A stretch of DNA of 64,000 nucleotides from an uncultured Pseudomonadales bacterium. Its GTDB lineage: Bacteria; Patescibacteriota; Microgenomatia; UBA1400; PJMF01. Position 1 is the stretch's first letter; the number at the start of each line of letters is the position of its first letter. The notes beneath the pieces are model-generated. The model was given only the letters and a program-made list of their open reading frames with translations. It made no database searches and was not told where the DNA came from. Below are positions 39,791 to 48,449 of this stretch, in pieces. The DNA lies in contig CAYWDM010000003.1 of assembly GCA_964457085.1 (NCBI GenBank), positions 186 to 64,185 on the forward strand, written 5' to 3'. Position numbers and translations under genes: made by a program.

Positions 39791-39844
39791 ATGTTTGCTC
39801 ATTTATCAACTACCACTACAACTACAATCCCCGCCGGGGAGTAG
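39791..39844 (+). CDS. thrS leader peptide MFAHLSTTTTTTIPAGE
   Basis: Six consecutive Thr codons (ACT ACC ACT ACA ACT ACA) upstream of thrS. Confidence 0.88.
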   Translation: MFAHLSTTTTTTIPAGE

Positions 39845-39895
39845 ATGACTGTGGTTTGTTGCTGTCATCACCTCCCTGATCGGGGAGGTTTTTTT
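39828..39895 (+). promoter_or_regulatory. Attenuator (antiterminator/terminator) of thrS
   Basis: Terminator ACCTCCCT-GATC-GGGGAGGT plus T-run; competing pairing GGGGAG.AGATGAC / GTCATC.CCTCCC. Confidence 0.85.
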
Positions 39896-40018
39896 ATTAA
39901 ACAATAGCAATGTATGGTGCATCACGCATCAAAAAATCAACAACCTATCGTAAAATATACCTATTCGAATGAACGCAACTGTTTACGCTCAAATCGAATA
40001 CAATCAACTAAGGAAATT

Positions 40019-41833
40019 ATGTCAAAAGCAGAAGCAAAATTAGTCAATAAATCAGAACAAGAGCAATACTTGCTCAAATTACGTCACACTGCGGAACATG
40101 TGTTACATCAAGCCATGAAGGAACTGTATCCCAGCATCCACTTGGCTATGGGTCCAGCTACCGATGAGGGATATTATTTTGATTTTGATGGAGCAGTTGC
40201 TGGCCAAGAAAAAGTGACGATCGCAGAGAGTGACTTCCCAAAAATCGAGAAACGAATGCAGCGAATTATTCAGCAAAATCTGCCGTTAATTCGTCAAGAA
40301 GTCGAAGTGTCACAAGCACGCGAGTTCTTCATCGGCAATCCATATAAACAAGAGTGGTTGGATAGTATTGAAGCCAAAGGTGAAAAAGTAACAGTCTATT
40401 GGACGGGCGAACCAGGTGCTCCGAACAGCATGGTTGATCTATGTGCTGGCCCACACGTTGAGCGAACGGGTGAGATTAAAGCAGTTAAATTGCTGAGTGT
40501 GGCAGGTGCCTATTGGCATGGTGATGAGAAAAATAAAATGCTAACGCGTGTATATGGCACCGCATTTACTGCAAAAGAAGATCTCGATCAATTTTTATGG
40601 CAGCGCGAAGAAGCCAAGAAGCGTGATCATCGCAAGCTGGGTCGTGAATTAGAACTATTTTTCATCGATGAAATGGTGGGCAAGGGATTGATTATGTGGT
40701 TGCCCAAGGGCACCATTGTTCGTGATGAAATCGAGAAATTGGTGCGTGAAACCGAGAAAAAAGCTGGGTTTGTGAGGGTAGTGACGCCACACATCGCCAA
40801 GGAAGAACTCTATCTCACTTCAGGTCATTTGCCTTATTACAAGGATAGCATGTACCCACCCATGGTGATGGATGACGGCACCTACTACCTCAAGGCCATG
40901 AACTGTCCGCATCATCACCGCATCTATAGTCACAAGCCTCGAACCTATCGTGAATTACCACTGCGCATTGCTGAATATGGCACTTGTTATCGTAATGAAT
41001 TGTCCGGTACGTTGTCTGGTTTACTCAGAGTGCGTGCATTGGCAATGAATGACGCACACATGTATTGTCGCCGTGATCAGATCAAACAAGAATTCAAGAG
41101 TGTGATGGAGATGATTCAGGAATACTTCAAGATTTTTGGATTGGAGAATTACTGGTTCCGACTTTCTAAATGGGATCCAGCTCATACCGAGAAATATATT
41201 AACCAACCCGAGAACTGGGAGTATGCACAGCAGATGATTCGAGAGGTGCTGCAAGAAATGCAGGTGAAATTTGTGGAGGCAGATGACGAGGCAGCTTTCT
41301 ATGGACCAAAAGTTGATGTTCAATTCAAATCAGTAATTGGTCGGGAAGAGACCATGTCGACGGTTCAGTTGGATTTCTTAGCAAAAGAGCGATTTGGCTT
41401 ATCGTATGTCGATGAAAAAGGCGAGAAAAACGATCAAGTGTTTGTAATTCATCGAGCACCATTATCTGTGCATGAGCGATTTATGGCATTTTTGCTTGAA
41501 CAATACGCTGGTGCATTTCCAACTTGGTTGGCTCCAGTCCAAGTAATCGTTTTGCCAATCGCAGATCGCCACAATGAGTACGCTCTGAAGGTTAAAAACG
41601 CCCTTGAATTAGCAGATGTGCGGGTTGAGTTGGATGACCGCTCAGAACGGCTAAATGCCAAGATTCGCGACGCTCAGATGCAGAAAGTTCCCTACATGCT
41701 TGTTGTCGGAGATAAAGAAGCAGAGGCTGAACAGGTGGCAGTGAGAAAACGTGAAGGTGGGGATCAAGAAGTGATTAGTCTGGCAGATTTTGTGCAACTG
41801 ATTTCAGCAGCTATCTCAGAGCGAACAAACTAG
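40019..41833 (+). CDS. thrS: Threonine--tRNA ligase (no N-terminal TGS domain)
   Basis: HTAEHVL, DLCAGPH, KRDHRKLG, KAMNCPHH, AFYGPKVD, IHRA; ATG 40019 after AAGGA. Confidence 0.98.
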   Translation: MSKAEAKLVNKSEQEQYLLKLRHTAEHVLHQAMKELYPSIHLAMGPATDEGYYFDFDGAVAGQEKVTIAESDFPKIEKRMQRIIQQNLPLIRQEVEVSQAREFFIGNPYKQEWLDSIEAKGEKVTVYWTGEPGAPNSMVDLCAGPHVERTGEIKAVKLLSVAGAYWHGDEKNKMLTRVYGTAFTAKEDLDQFLWQREEAKKRDHRKLGRELELFFIDEMVGKGLIMWLPKGTIVRDEIEKLVRETEKKAGFVRVVTPHIAKEELYLTSGHLPYYKDSMYPPMVMDDGTYYLKAMNCPHHHRIYSHKPRTYRELPLRIAEYGTCYRNELSGTLSGLLRVRALAMNDAHMYCRRDQIKQEFKSVMEMIQEYFKIFGLENYWFRLSKWDPAHTEKYINQPENWEYAQQMIREVLQEMQVKFVEADDEAAFYGPKVDVQFKSVIGREETMSTVQLDFLAKERFGLSYVDEKGEKNDQVFVIHRAPLSVHERFMAFLLEQYAGAFPTWLAPVQVIVLPIADRHNEYALKVKNALELADVRVELDDRSERLNAKIRDAQMQKVPYMLVVGDKEAEAEQVAVRKREGGDQEVISLADFVQLISAAISERTN

Positions 41834-41889
41834 CTAATTCCAGTAATTATATTGGGATTTTTTAGAGTTTTATTCCAACTCTTTATCCA

Positions 41890-42987
41890 TTAAGACTGTT
41901 TCTTGTCACCGAGTCGTATTGCAACCGCATAATCATGAGTTTGAATGTTGCTAGATGAAGTATCTATCATTGCAAGTCCTCCGCCTCCTGGCACGCCATC
42001 GAGTGGGATGCCAATGCCAATTTCAGAACCAGTCAAACTGATTCCGGTAGTGAGTCCGCCGCCGAGTGGAGTACCAGCTCCCACATCAAGTCCAATCTCC
42101 CAATCCTTAGATGTGGAGCTGGTGGTGTATCGACCCTGACGATTGAGTACGGGAGATTTGGCTTTTTTATTTGCCTCCGCTAGGATTAATCGCGTTGCTG
42201 TTGCTTGATCGAGTTTGTTTTTAGTAATCAATAGCTTCAGAATGGTTGTGGTTTGGCTTGAGTCAAGGTTGCCGATGACTTCTGCTAAAACAAGAAATGC
42301 TCTTGATCCTTCAGTGACTTTATCCGATTTTTTAAACAACTTTTTAGCTATTATTTCAGTAGATAATTGTTGATATCTAGTTAGAACAGCCTCAATAGAA
42401 CTTTGTAGAGCTGCTTGCATCAACGCACAGTGTGTAGTTTCAGAGTCTTTTGCGGCGTCACTTACAGCAATATATGTGTCCATGATTTTTTTGTAGTCAT
42501 TGTTTTCAGCATATGTCGCCGAGGCCATTGAAATAGCAGTGGACCACTCCATGCTTGTAAATGTCTTGTCGCTTTTGAATTTCTGTGCAAGGGTGATGAC
42601 ATTTTCTATAGGAACTTGATTGGTTTCAGCGATTACTGCAGCATCAGCTGCATAACTCGGATCCCAACCCAGTGCTTTGGCACTTTCAAATGCTGCGATC
42701 ATTTTCTCCTGAGTTTTAGTAGTTAATTCAGGTCTGTCTGCAACCTGCCAGCCTATTCCGGCAGTTAATTCGCAAATAATTTCATGTGAGAGCCGTATCC
42801 CTCTGAGTTTTTGTGAAAATGTTGGTTTGTATTTTTCGACGAATGCATCGAAAATATCGAGAGCTTTTTCATTTCCACTTAACCAATTGCCAGCTGTAAC
42901 TAAGTTGGTGCTGGCAGCAGCATCCAACTTACGCTTGTCTTTTGTGAATGGATTTTCAATCTGGTGTAGCTGCTCAGTCATAACCAT
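41890..42987 (-). CDS. Hypothetical protein with Gly-rich C-terminus
   Basis: Helical body followed by GxG-rich tail; start uncertain. Confidence 0.6.
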   Translation of the reverse strand: MVMTEQLHQIENPFTKDKRKLDAAASTNLVTAGNWLSGNEKALDIFDAFVEKYKPTFSQKLRGIRLSHEIICELTAGIGWQVADRPELTTKTQEKMIAAFESAKALGWDPSYAADAAVIAETNQVPIENVITLAQKFKSDKTFTSMEWSTAISMASATYAENNDYKKIMDTYIAVSDAAKDSETTHCALMQAALQSSIEAVLTRYQQLSTEIIAKKLFKKSDKVTEGSRAFLVLAEVIGNLDSSQTTTILKLLITKNKLDQATATRLILAEANKKAKSPVLNRQGRYTTSSTSKDWEIGLDVGAGTPLGGGLTTGISLTGSEIGIGIPLDGVPGGGGLAMIDTSSSNIQTHDYAVAIRLGDKKQS

Positions 42988-43041
42988 ATGATGCCACACT
43001 TCTATTTGAGTCACAACTTTAATGTGGGGAAACTCCAAGGA

Positions 43042-43081
43042 GAACCAAAAACCCCGCCTGGTTTCCCAGAGCGGGGTTTTT
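43042..43081 (-). terminator. rplA terminator
   Basis: AAAAACCCCGC...GCGGGGTTTTT; 28 bp identical to 27381-27408. Confidence 0.8.
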
Positions 43082-43121
43082 ATTTCAATTTCAATCGATC
43101 TGACTCCTTCGGTCGAAAATC

Positions 43122-43862
43122 TTAAGCCACTAAGGCGATTTTAACGCCTGGACTCATGGATGCTGCGATGGAAACTTTAATTGCTTTGCCACGGAGAGCT
43201 TTAAGAGCTGCTTCGAGGTTTTCAACTAATTGTTTACTATCCATGTCGAGTTTTCCAACTACCATGTGTAGTAATGGAGCTTTTTTCTCACCTCGAATGG
43301 TGACCTTGCCACCTTCAAGCTCTTTTTTCTTGAGCTCTGGGTTATCAGTTAAAGTGCCATTCTTTGGGTTTGGCATTAAACCTTTTGGACCCAAGACTCG
43401 AGCAAATTTTGCGAGTTTTGGCATGAATTGAGGTGCACAGACTAAGACGTCGAAGTCGATTGTGCCTGCACCAATTGAGGTTAACAGCTCGTCAGAGACG
43501 ATCGCCACCTTAAGTGTACGACCAGTTGAGTGAGGGAGACTGAGGGTGATATTGGCACCTTCTTCTCTAATCACTGCGTGAAGTTCTAGCGAACCAGTAA
43601 ACGAAGTGTATGAGAGTTTTTTAATTAACTCGATGGCTACTGCTGGCTCGTAGTGTTTGGTCTTATCGACCTTAGAACGAACTGAGTAGTATTTGCGGCT
43701 GCGAGCACTCACTTTAGTGGGTTTTTTGTCCACTGCAGCTACTGCTTCGCCATCTACTATTTCAACTTCACCAGTTTCTGATTCAGATTCTGCATCAGGA
43801 GCGGCGACGATTTTAATTTCGTCGGTCGAAGTCATGTCGGTATTGCGTTTTCTTGATCCCAT
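43122..43862 (-). CDS. rplA: 50S ribosomal protein L1 (acidic N-terminal extension)
   Basis: LPHSTG, LGPKGLMPNPKNGT, SMSPG. Confidence 0.96.
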   Translation of the reverse strand: MGSRKRNTDMTSTDEIKIVAAPDAESESETGEVEIVDGEAVAAVDKKPTKVSARSRKYYSVRSKVDKTKHYEPAVAIELIKKLSYTSFTGSLELHAVIREEGANITLSLPHSTGRTLKVAIVSDELLTSIGAGTIDFDVLVCAPQFMPKLAKFARVLGPKGLMPNPKNGTLTDNPELKKKELEGGKVTIRGEKKAPLLHMVVGKLDMDSKQLVENLEAALKALRGKAIKVSIAASMSPGVKIALVA

Positions 43863-43876
43863 ATATTTCCTTTGAG

Positions 43877-44302
43877 TTAGTCGGTAACTTCCACACCCAT
43901 ACTTCTAGCAGTACCGATCACAGATTTGACGGCACTGTCTACATCATTGGTGTTTAGTTCTGTTAATTTTTGCTCTGCAATCTCGCGAGCCTGTGCCATG
44001 GTCAATTTACCCACTGACTTAGTCTTGGGAGTTGCACTTCCAAGCTTTATCTTCAGTGCTTGCTTGATCATGTTTGAGACTGGAGGCAATTTCAACACAA
44101 AAGTGAAAGAGCGATCCTCGAAAACAGTGATCTCGGCAGGAATGACTTGACCACGCTTATCGGCAGTTTTGTCGTTGTACTGTCGCAGAAAGTCCATCAT
44201 GTTAATACCTGCTTGACCCAAAATTGGACCTACTGGAGGCGCTGGAGTTGCACTACCGGCTGGTAGATTTAGTTTTAAGATTGTTTTGACTTTTTTAGCC
44301 AT
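43877..44302 (-). CDS. rplK: 50S ribosomal protein L11
   Basis: ATPAPPVGPILGQ, GTARSMG. Confidence 0.98.
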   Translation of the reverse strand: MAKKVKTILKLNLPAGSATPAPPVGPILGQAGINMMDFLRQYNDKTADKRGQVIPAEITVFEDRSFTFVLKLPPVSNMIKQALKIKLGSATPKTKSVGKLTMAQAREIAEQKLTELNTNDVDSAVKSVIGTARSMGVEVTD

Positions 44303-44423
44303 TATTTTGTACCTCTATTTTGTTAGTAGCTCGTAGTTTTGTTTGTCCCCGGGCATCAGATAGTCAGTGAATGCGATCTGATGAGAAGCCCCGGCCCTTT
44401 GGACCGCCAAAACCTTGGCTGAT

Positions 44424-45068
44424 TTATACTTTTTGAATCTGCAGAAAATCGAGTTCGACTGGTGTCTCACGACCAAAGATATTGATCAAGACCTCAACCT
44501 TACCCTTACCTTCATCAATTGCGTTAATAGTACCCAAGAAGTCGTTGAATGGCCCGTCCACAATCTTGACGGCTTCACCTTCCACAAAATCAGCTTTGAA
44601 TTGTGGCTCCTTCTGAGTCATGTATTTTTGAATTGCTTCAACCTCATGCTTTGGCAGGGGAGTAGGCTTACTACTCATACCCACAAAACCAGTCACACCC
44701 TGAGTGGTGCGAACTGCCAACCAAGAATCATCAGCCATTTCCATGTTTACTAGAATATAACCTGGGAAAATCTTCTCACTGATGGTTTTGCGTTGACCGC
44801 GGCGAATTTGAATTTTTTCTTGAGTTGGAATTAAAACTGCCAAGACTTTGTTGGTTAAATGCAGTGTTTCTGCACGTTGCTTCAGAGTTTCAGCCACTTT
44901 TCGCTCATGGCCAGAGTAGGCATGAACCACGTACCATTTGGCTTTTTTATTCTCAAGCGTGGAGATAATCACCACATTTGGAGAATCAACTTTGACCTCT
45001 TGTACCTCTGGAGGAACAATGACTTCAGTCTCGATTGTTGTAGCTGCTGCTTTGGCTTTTTTAGGCAT
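44424..45068 (-). CDS. nusG: Transcription termination/antitermination factor NusG
   Basis: WYVVHAYSGHE, FPGYILV, GVTGFVG, IFGRETPVEL. Confidence 0.97.
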   Translation of the reverse strand: MPKKAKAAATTIETEVIVPPEVQEVKVDSPNVVIISTLENKKAKWYVVHAYSGHERKVAETLKQRAETLHLTNKVLAVLIPTQEKIQIRRGQRKTISEKIFPGYILVNMEMADDSWLAVRTTQGVTGFVGMSSKPTPLPKHEVEAIQKYMTQKEPQFKADFVEGEAVKIVDGPFNDFLGTINAIDEGKGKVEVLINIFGRETPVELDFLQIQKV

Positions 45069-45188
45069 AAGATTTCTTTTTATGGTTCTCAAGGTTGATG
45101 GGGCAATTAGGCTGACACCACAGACCTTTTTGACCAGGATATTGTATCGTATATTTTATGATTTACTAGATATCGTCTCAATGCTAGG

Positions 45189-45374
45189 TTAGCGAGAAAT
45201 TAAACTACTGATTAGTTTTTGAAAGATAAAATCAAGTCCACCAATATAAAGAGCTACAACTGCACTCACACCAATCACTAAAAGGGTGAGGTTGGTAGTT
45301 TGTTGCTTGGTTGGCCAACTCACTTTCTTGAGTTCAGCTACCACATCTTTCATATACTCTGTTAGTTGTCGCAT
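45189..45374 (-). CDS. secE: Preprotein translocase subunit SecE
   Basis: ELKKVSWP plus single TM; upstream of nusG. Confidence 0.95.
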   Translation of the reverse strand: MRQLTEYMKDVVAELKKVSWPTKQQTTNLTLLVIGVSAVVALYIGGLDFIFQKLISSLISR

Positions 45375-45390
45375 GTGAGAGTGGATTGTA

Positions 45391-47499
45391 TCAAATTCCT
45401 GGTGGTTGTACACCGCGCTGCTTGAGACGCTCCATCATTGAGTTTGCAGATTCATTTTTTGGTGTCTGCATGTTGAGGTTTTGTTTCAAGTGCTCAAGAC
45501 GTCTTTGCTCTGATTCTAGATCACTCGTTTTTTGGGCAGTATTTGGATTTATGTAGCGTGCGTCTTTGCGGCGACTGTCACCAAAGAGCATTGGGAGCAC
45601 TAATAATGCTACAACTATTAAGAGTAGGCCACCAAGAATGAATGGCAATTTAGTGAACAAGCTGGTGATCCAGGCTGGTTTTTGTGTTGTCTTATTATCA
45701 GTTCCGCCAGTTGAATCAACTTTTTTCGTAGTACTGGTAGTTGCAGCTGGACTAACTGAAGGCTTGCTGTCGATAACACCAGAAGTGGTTGATCCAATTG
45801 CTAATTCTGGATCCTCACCAATTTCAGTAGCACTGCAAATGAAGCTGGCTAAGTTGGCTGGTAATCTACAGCGATTTGAATAGCAGCGTAGTCCCAATGC
45901 ACAATCGCTGTTGCCGGCACAGGTTTCATTACACTGCATTTCAGCAGCCTCTGTAGTGAGTTCTGAGCCACCTTTTTCGTTCGAATAAGACTCAATTACA
46001 CGGTACACAGATTTCTTCGCTGGTGCCTTGCAACTAGTATCTGGTTGGTTTTTGGGGTTGCGGCAACGATTCCAGTAACAACTGAGTCCAGCAGTGCACT
46101 CTCTTGAGTCTGCACAGTACTCATTACAACTGCGGTTTAGACCTTTGTCTGGAGCTAAAACACATGAGGTGCTATCAACATTGCCAGCACGGCGACATTG
46201 GTTGTTGGAACAAGTGAGGTTTGGAGCACATTCAGTATTAGAACTGCATGACTCATTACATTGTTTGTAGCTCACTCCACCCACACCTGCACATTTGGGG
46301 ATAAAGAAGCGCACCACACTACTATGTTTACCATTCCATAGCCTGAAATAGTAATTTACTTCAGGATAGAAAGAGTAGAGAGTTTTTTTGCCATCACTAT
46401 AGGTTCGGAAGTTGGTACTATCTGTTACTAAGTACGAGTCACCCAGAGTACTTGTACCACCAGAAACTTCTTTATTTGCGAAATCACGGAAGTCACTGTA
46501 GATACTGACATCGATTGCAGTAACATTTGGGTAACGGTTTTTGTTCCAGAGAACGTATGTTGAGTTTCCGATTGTGCGGTCATACCAACATGCTTCGTAG
46601 GTATACAAGCTGAAGTCTGGGTCATAACCAACTGTTTCACAGGCTTGAGTCAACTCTTGCATAGCTTCAGTTTGGTACCAAGTACAGTTGGCTGGAGTGG
46701 TCGCCACGGTGCGAGTTTTCCAACCATTGGTACATGCACCCCAATCTGAGTAGGTGTAAGCACATTGTTGGAGACAACTCTGCTCAAGTTGAGTGGCATC
46801 TGGGGCAGCGCAAGTTGACGGGTTTGCGGTATAAGTGCGGATTTGTTTACCGTTTTGGCAGCTTGACCAAGCCCCAAACGAATAACTGCAGACATCTTGG
46901 ATCACATTCAATACTACGTTTTCTACGGTGTTTAGTACGTCTTGATTGGCGGTTTGATACCGAGTAACAATTGTTTTACTTTGGTCGAAATCTAGGCGGT
47001 ATGCATTAGTGGAAGCAGGAATCAAGCTGAGGGCCATCAAAGACTCGTTCCCAGAGGTGCTGAATGGGTCACCGACGACATTTGGTAACAGCATGAATTG
47101 ATATTGGTATCCATTTGTAGTGGCCTTGCCATTCCAATCGGCTAAACGTAATTTCGGATTAGTGACTCGGTAGGAAAAACCCGATCCAAATTGTTGGTTC
47201 TCTCCAGTAACTGTCAAATCAAGGGTTAATTGGACGGCACTTACTTGAGTATTATTGGTGTTGATGTCAATCTGAATCGGAGATTCTGTGCCAAGTTTGA
47301 GCGTAGTAGTGGGACTAGTTATGTGCACCACACCATTGGTTACGCTGGCTTGACCTCGCAAATCGGTGTCTTCGCGTAATTGTTTTTGTAACAGCAAGGA
47401 ACTAACAGCTAAAAAGCCAAAAAGTGTTAATATCACCACCCATAAAACAGTGGAAATGGGCTTGGTAAGTAGTGGTTGAGTGCCGAGTGTGCGCTTCAT
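45391..47499 (-). CDS. Surface protein: TM, cohesin-like domain, 2 TSP1-like repeats, 3 Cys-rich repeats, C-terminal TM
   Basis: IQIDINTNNTQVSAVQL; C.Y....W..C.NG...RT x2; CNxxC....C...L.C....CR x3. Confidence 0.7.
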   Translation of the reverse strand: MKRTLGTQPLLTKPISTVLWVVILTLFGFLAVSSLLLQKQLREDTDLRGQASVTNGVVHITSPTTTLKLGTESPIQIDINTNNTQVSAVQLTLDLTVTGENQQFGSGFSYRVTNPKLRLADWNGKATTNGYQYQFMLLPNVVGDPFSTSGNESLMALSLIPASTNAYRLDFDQSKTIVTRYQTANQDVLNTVENVVLNVIQDVCSYSFGAWSSCQNGKQIRTYTANPSTCAAPDATQLEQSCLQQCAYTYSDWGACTNGWKTRTVATTPANCTWYQTEAMQELTQACETVGYDPDFSLYTYEACWYDRTIGNSTYVLWNKNRYPNVTAIDVSIYSDFRDFANKEVSGGTSTLGDSYLVTDSTNFRTYSDGKKTLYSFYPEVNYYFRLWNGKHSSVVRFFIPKCAGVGGVSYKQCNESCSSNTECAPNLTCSNNQCRRAGNVDSTSCVLAPDKGLNRSCNEYCADSRECTAGLSCYWNRCRNPKNQPDTSCKAPAKKSVYRVIESYSNEKGGSELTTEAAEMQCNETCAGNSDCALGLRCYSNRCRLPANLASFICSATEIGEDPELAIGSTTSGVIDSKPSVSPAATTSTTKKVDSTGGTDNKTTQKPAWITSLFTKLPFILGGLLLIVVALLVLPMLFGDSRRKDARYINPNTAQKTSDLESEQRRLEHLKQNLNMQTPKNESANSMMERLKQRGVQPPGI

Positions 47500-47505
47500 A
47501 TACAG

Positions 47506-48366
47506 TTATCTAGTCCATTCTTTAACCATGACTGAGTAATCAAAAATGTCGATCTTTTTATCGTGATTGATGTCATACATCAAATCGGCTGGTGAGCTAT
47601 CAAAGAAGTGCATGCTGAGCAGGTCAAAATCACTTTGGTTTACTAAACTATCTCCGTTTAAGTCTGAATCTGCACAAAAGACATAGTTTGGTTGTAGTTT
47701 AATTTCACAGGCTGGATCCTCAAACATACATGCAGATTTCCGGATACAACCAATTTTCTGTTTCTCGCAACGTTGGCCATTTACTGATACACCGCAGCTG
47801 TATCCGATTGGTGGTGCAATTAAGATGCAAGAACGTCCAGCATCGACTGGTAAACATTCTGTGCCACACCAATCACATTTCAGAGGTCCTTGAGTTGGAG
47901 TGGGGGTGGCTGTTGGCTGTGGTGCTTTACAATCTTGAGAGCAATTGCAGTAGTTTTCACCAAGACCACAAACGCCATCGCCACATTTGGTACAAACAAT
48001 TGCACCTTCGGCACGCATACATTGACCAGTAGTATCTGGCTTGTCTCCAGTTATTTGAGTTAACCCTGAGCAACATTGTGGTTTAGTTCCATCAATAATG
48101 CTTGCTTTACCACCTTCGTATATACAGGGCGGTGGATATGAGTCTACAGCTGCAGTTAGGCTATTTTCTGCGACTACATTTGTACTGGCAGCTCGTCGTA
48201 AATCTTGAGAGCGTGAGACCATTGCCAAGCTAACAACGACTCCAACAGAAAGTATTGTAAGAAATAGTAGCGAAACAACAATTGTTATTGGCAGTTTTTT
48301 AAGATCAGCAGCAGTTTTTTTTGAATCAACTGAGATCGTTTGACCGGTAATTTCAGGCATCACCAT
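47506..48366 (-). CDS. Cys-rich exported protein with C-terminal dockerin
   Basis: DLNGDSLVNQSDF...DINHDKKIDIFDY paired EF-hand-like loops; CGDGVC..GEN..NC..DC. Confidence 0.75.
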   Translation of the reverse strand: MVMPEITGQTISVDSKKTAADLKKLPITIVVSLLFLTILSVGVVVSLAMVSRSQDLRRAASTNVVAENSLTAAVDSYPPPCIYEGGKASIIDGTKPQCCSGLTQITGDKPDTTGQCMRAEGAIVCTKCGDGVCGLGENYCNCSQDCKAPQPTATPTPTQGPLKCDWCGTECLPVDAGRSCILIAPPIGYSCGVSVNGQRCEKQKIGCIRKSACMFEDPACEIKLQPNYVFCADSDLNGDSLVNQSDFDLLSMHFFDSSPADLMYDINHDKKIDIFDYSVMVKEWTR

Positions 48367-48449
48367 CTAGCATAGAATCAAGTCAGGGTACAAGTCAATA
48401 GAACACAACAGCCCAAATGATAGATGGGCTGTTGTGTTCTTAAATGCGA

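Noticed and set aside
44303-44423. Hairpin CATCAGAT/ATCTGATG before rplK as an L1-binding leader
   Set aside because: Plausible, but I could not identify the L1-binding internal-loop consensus
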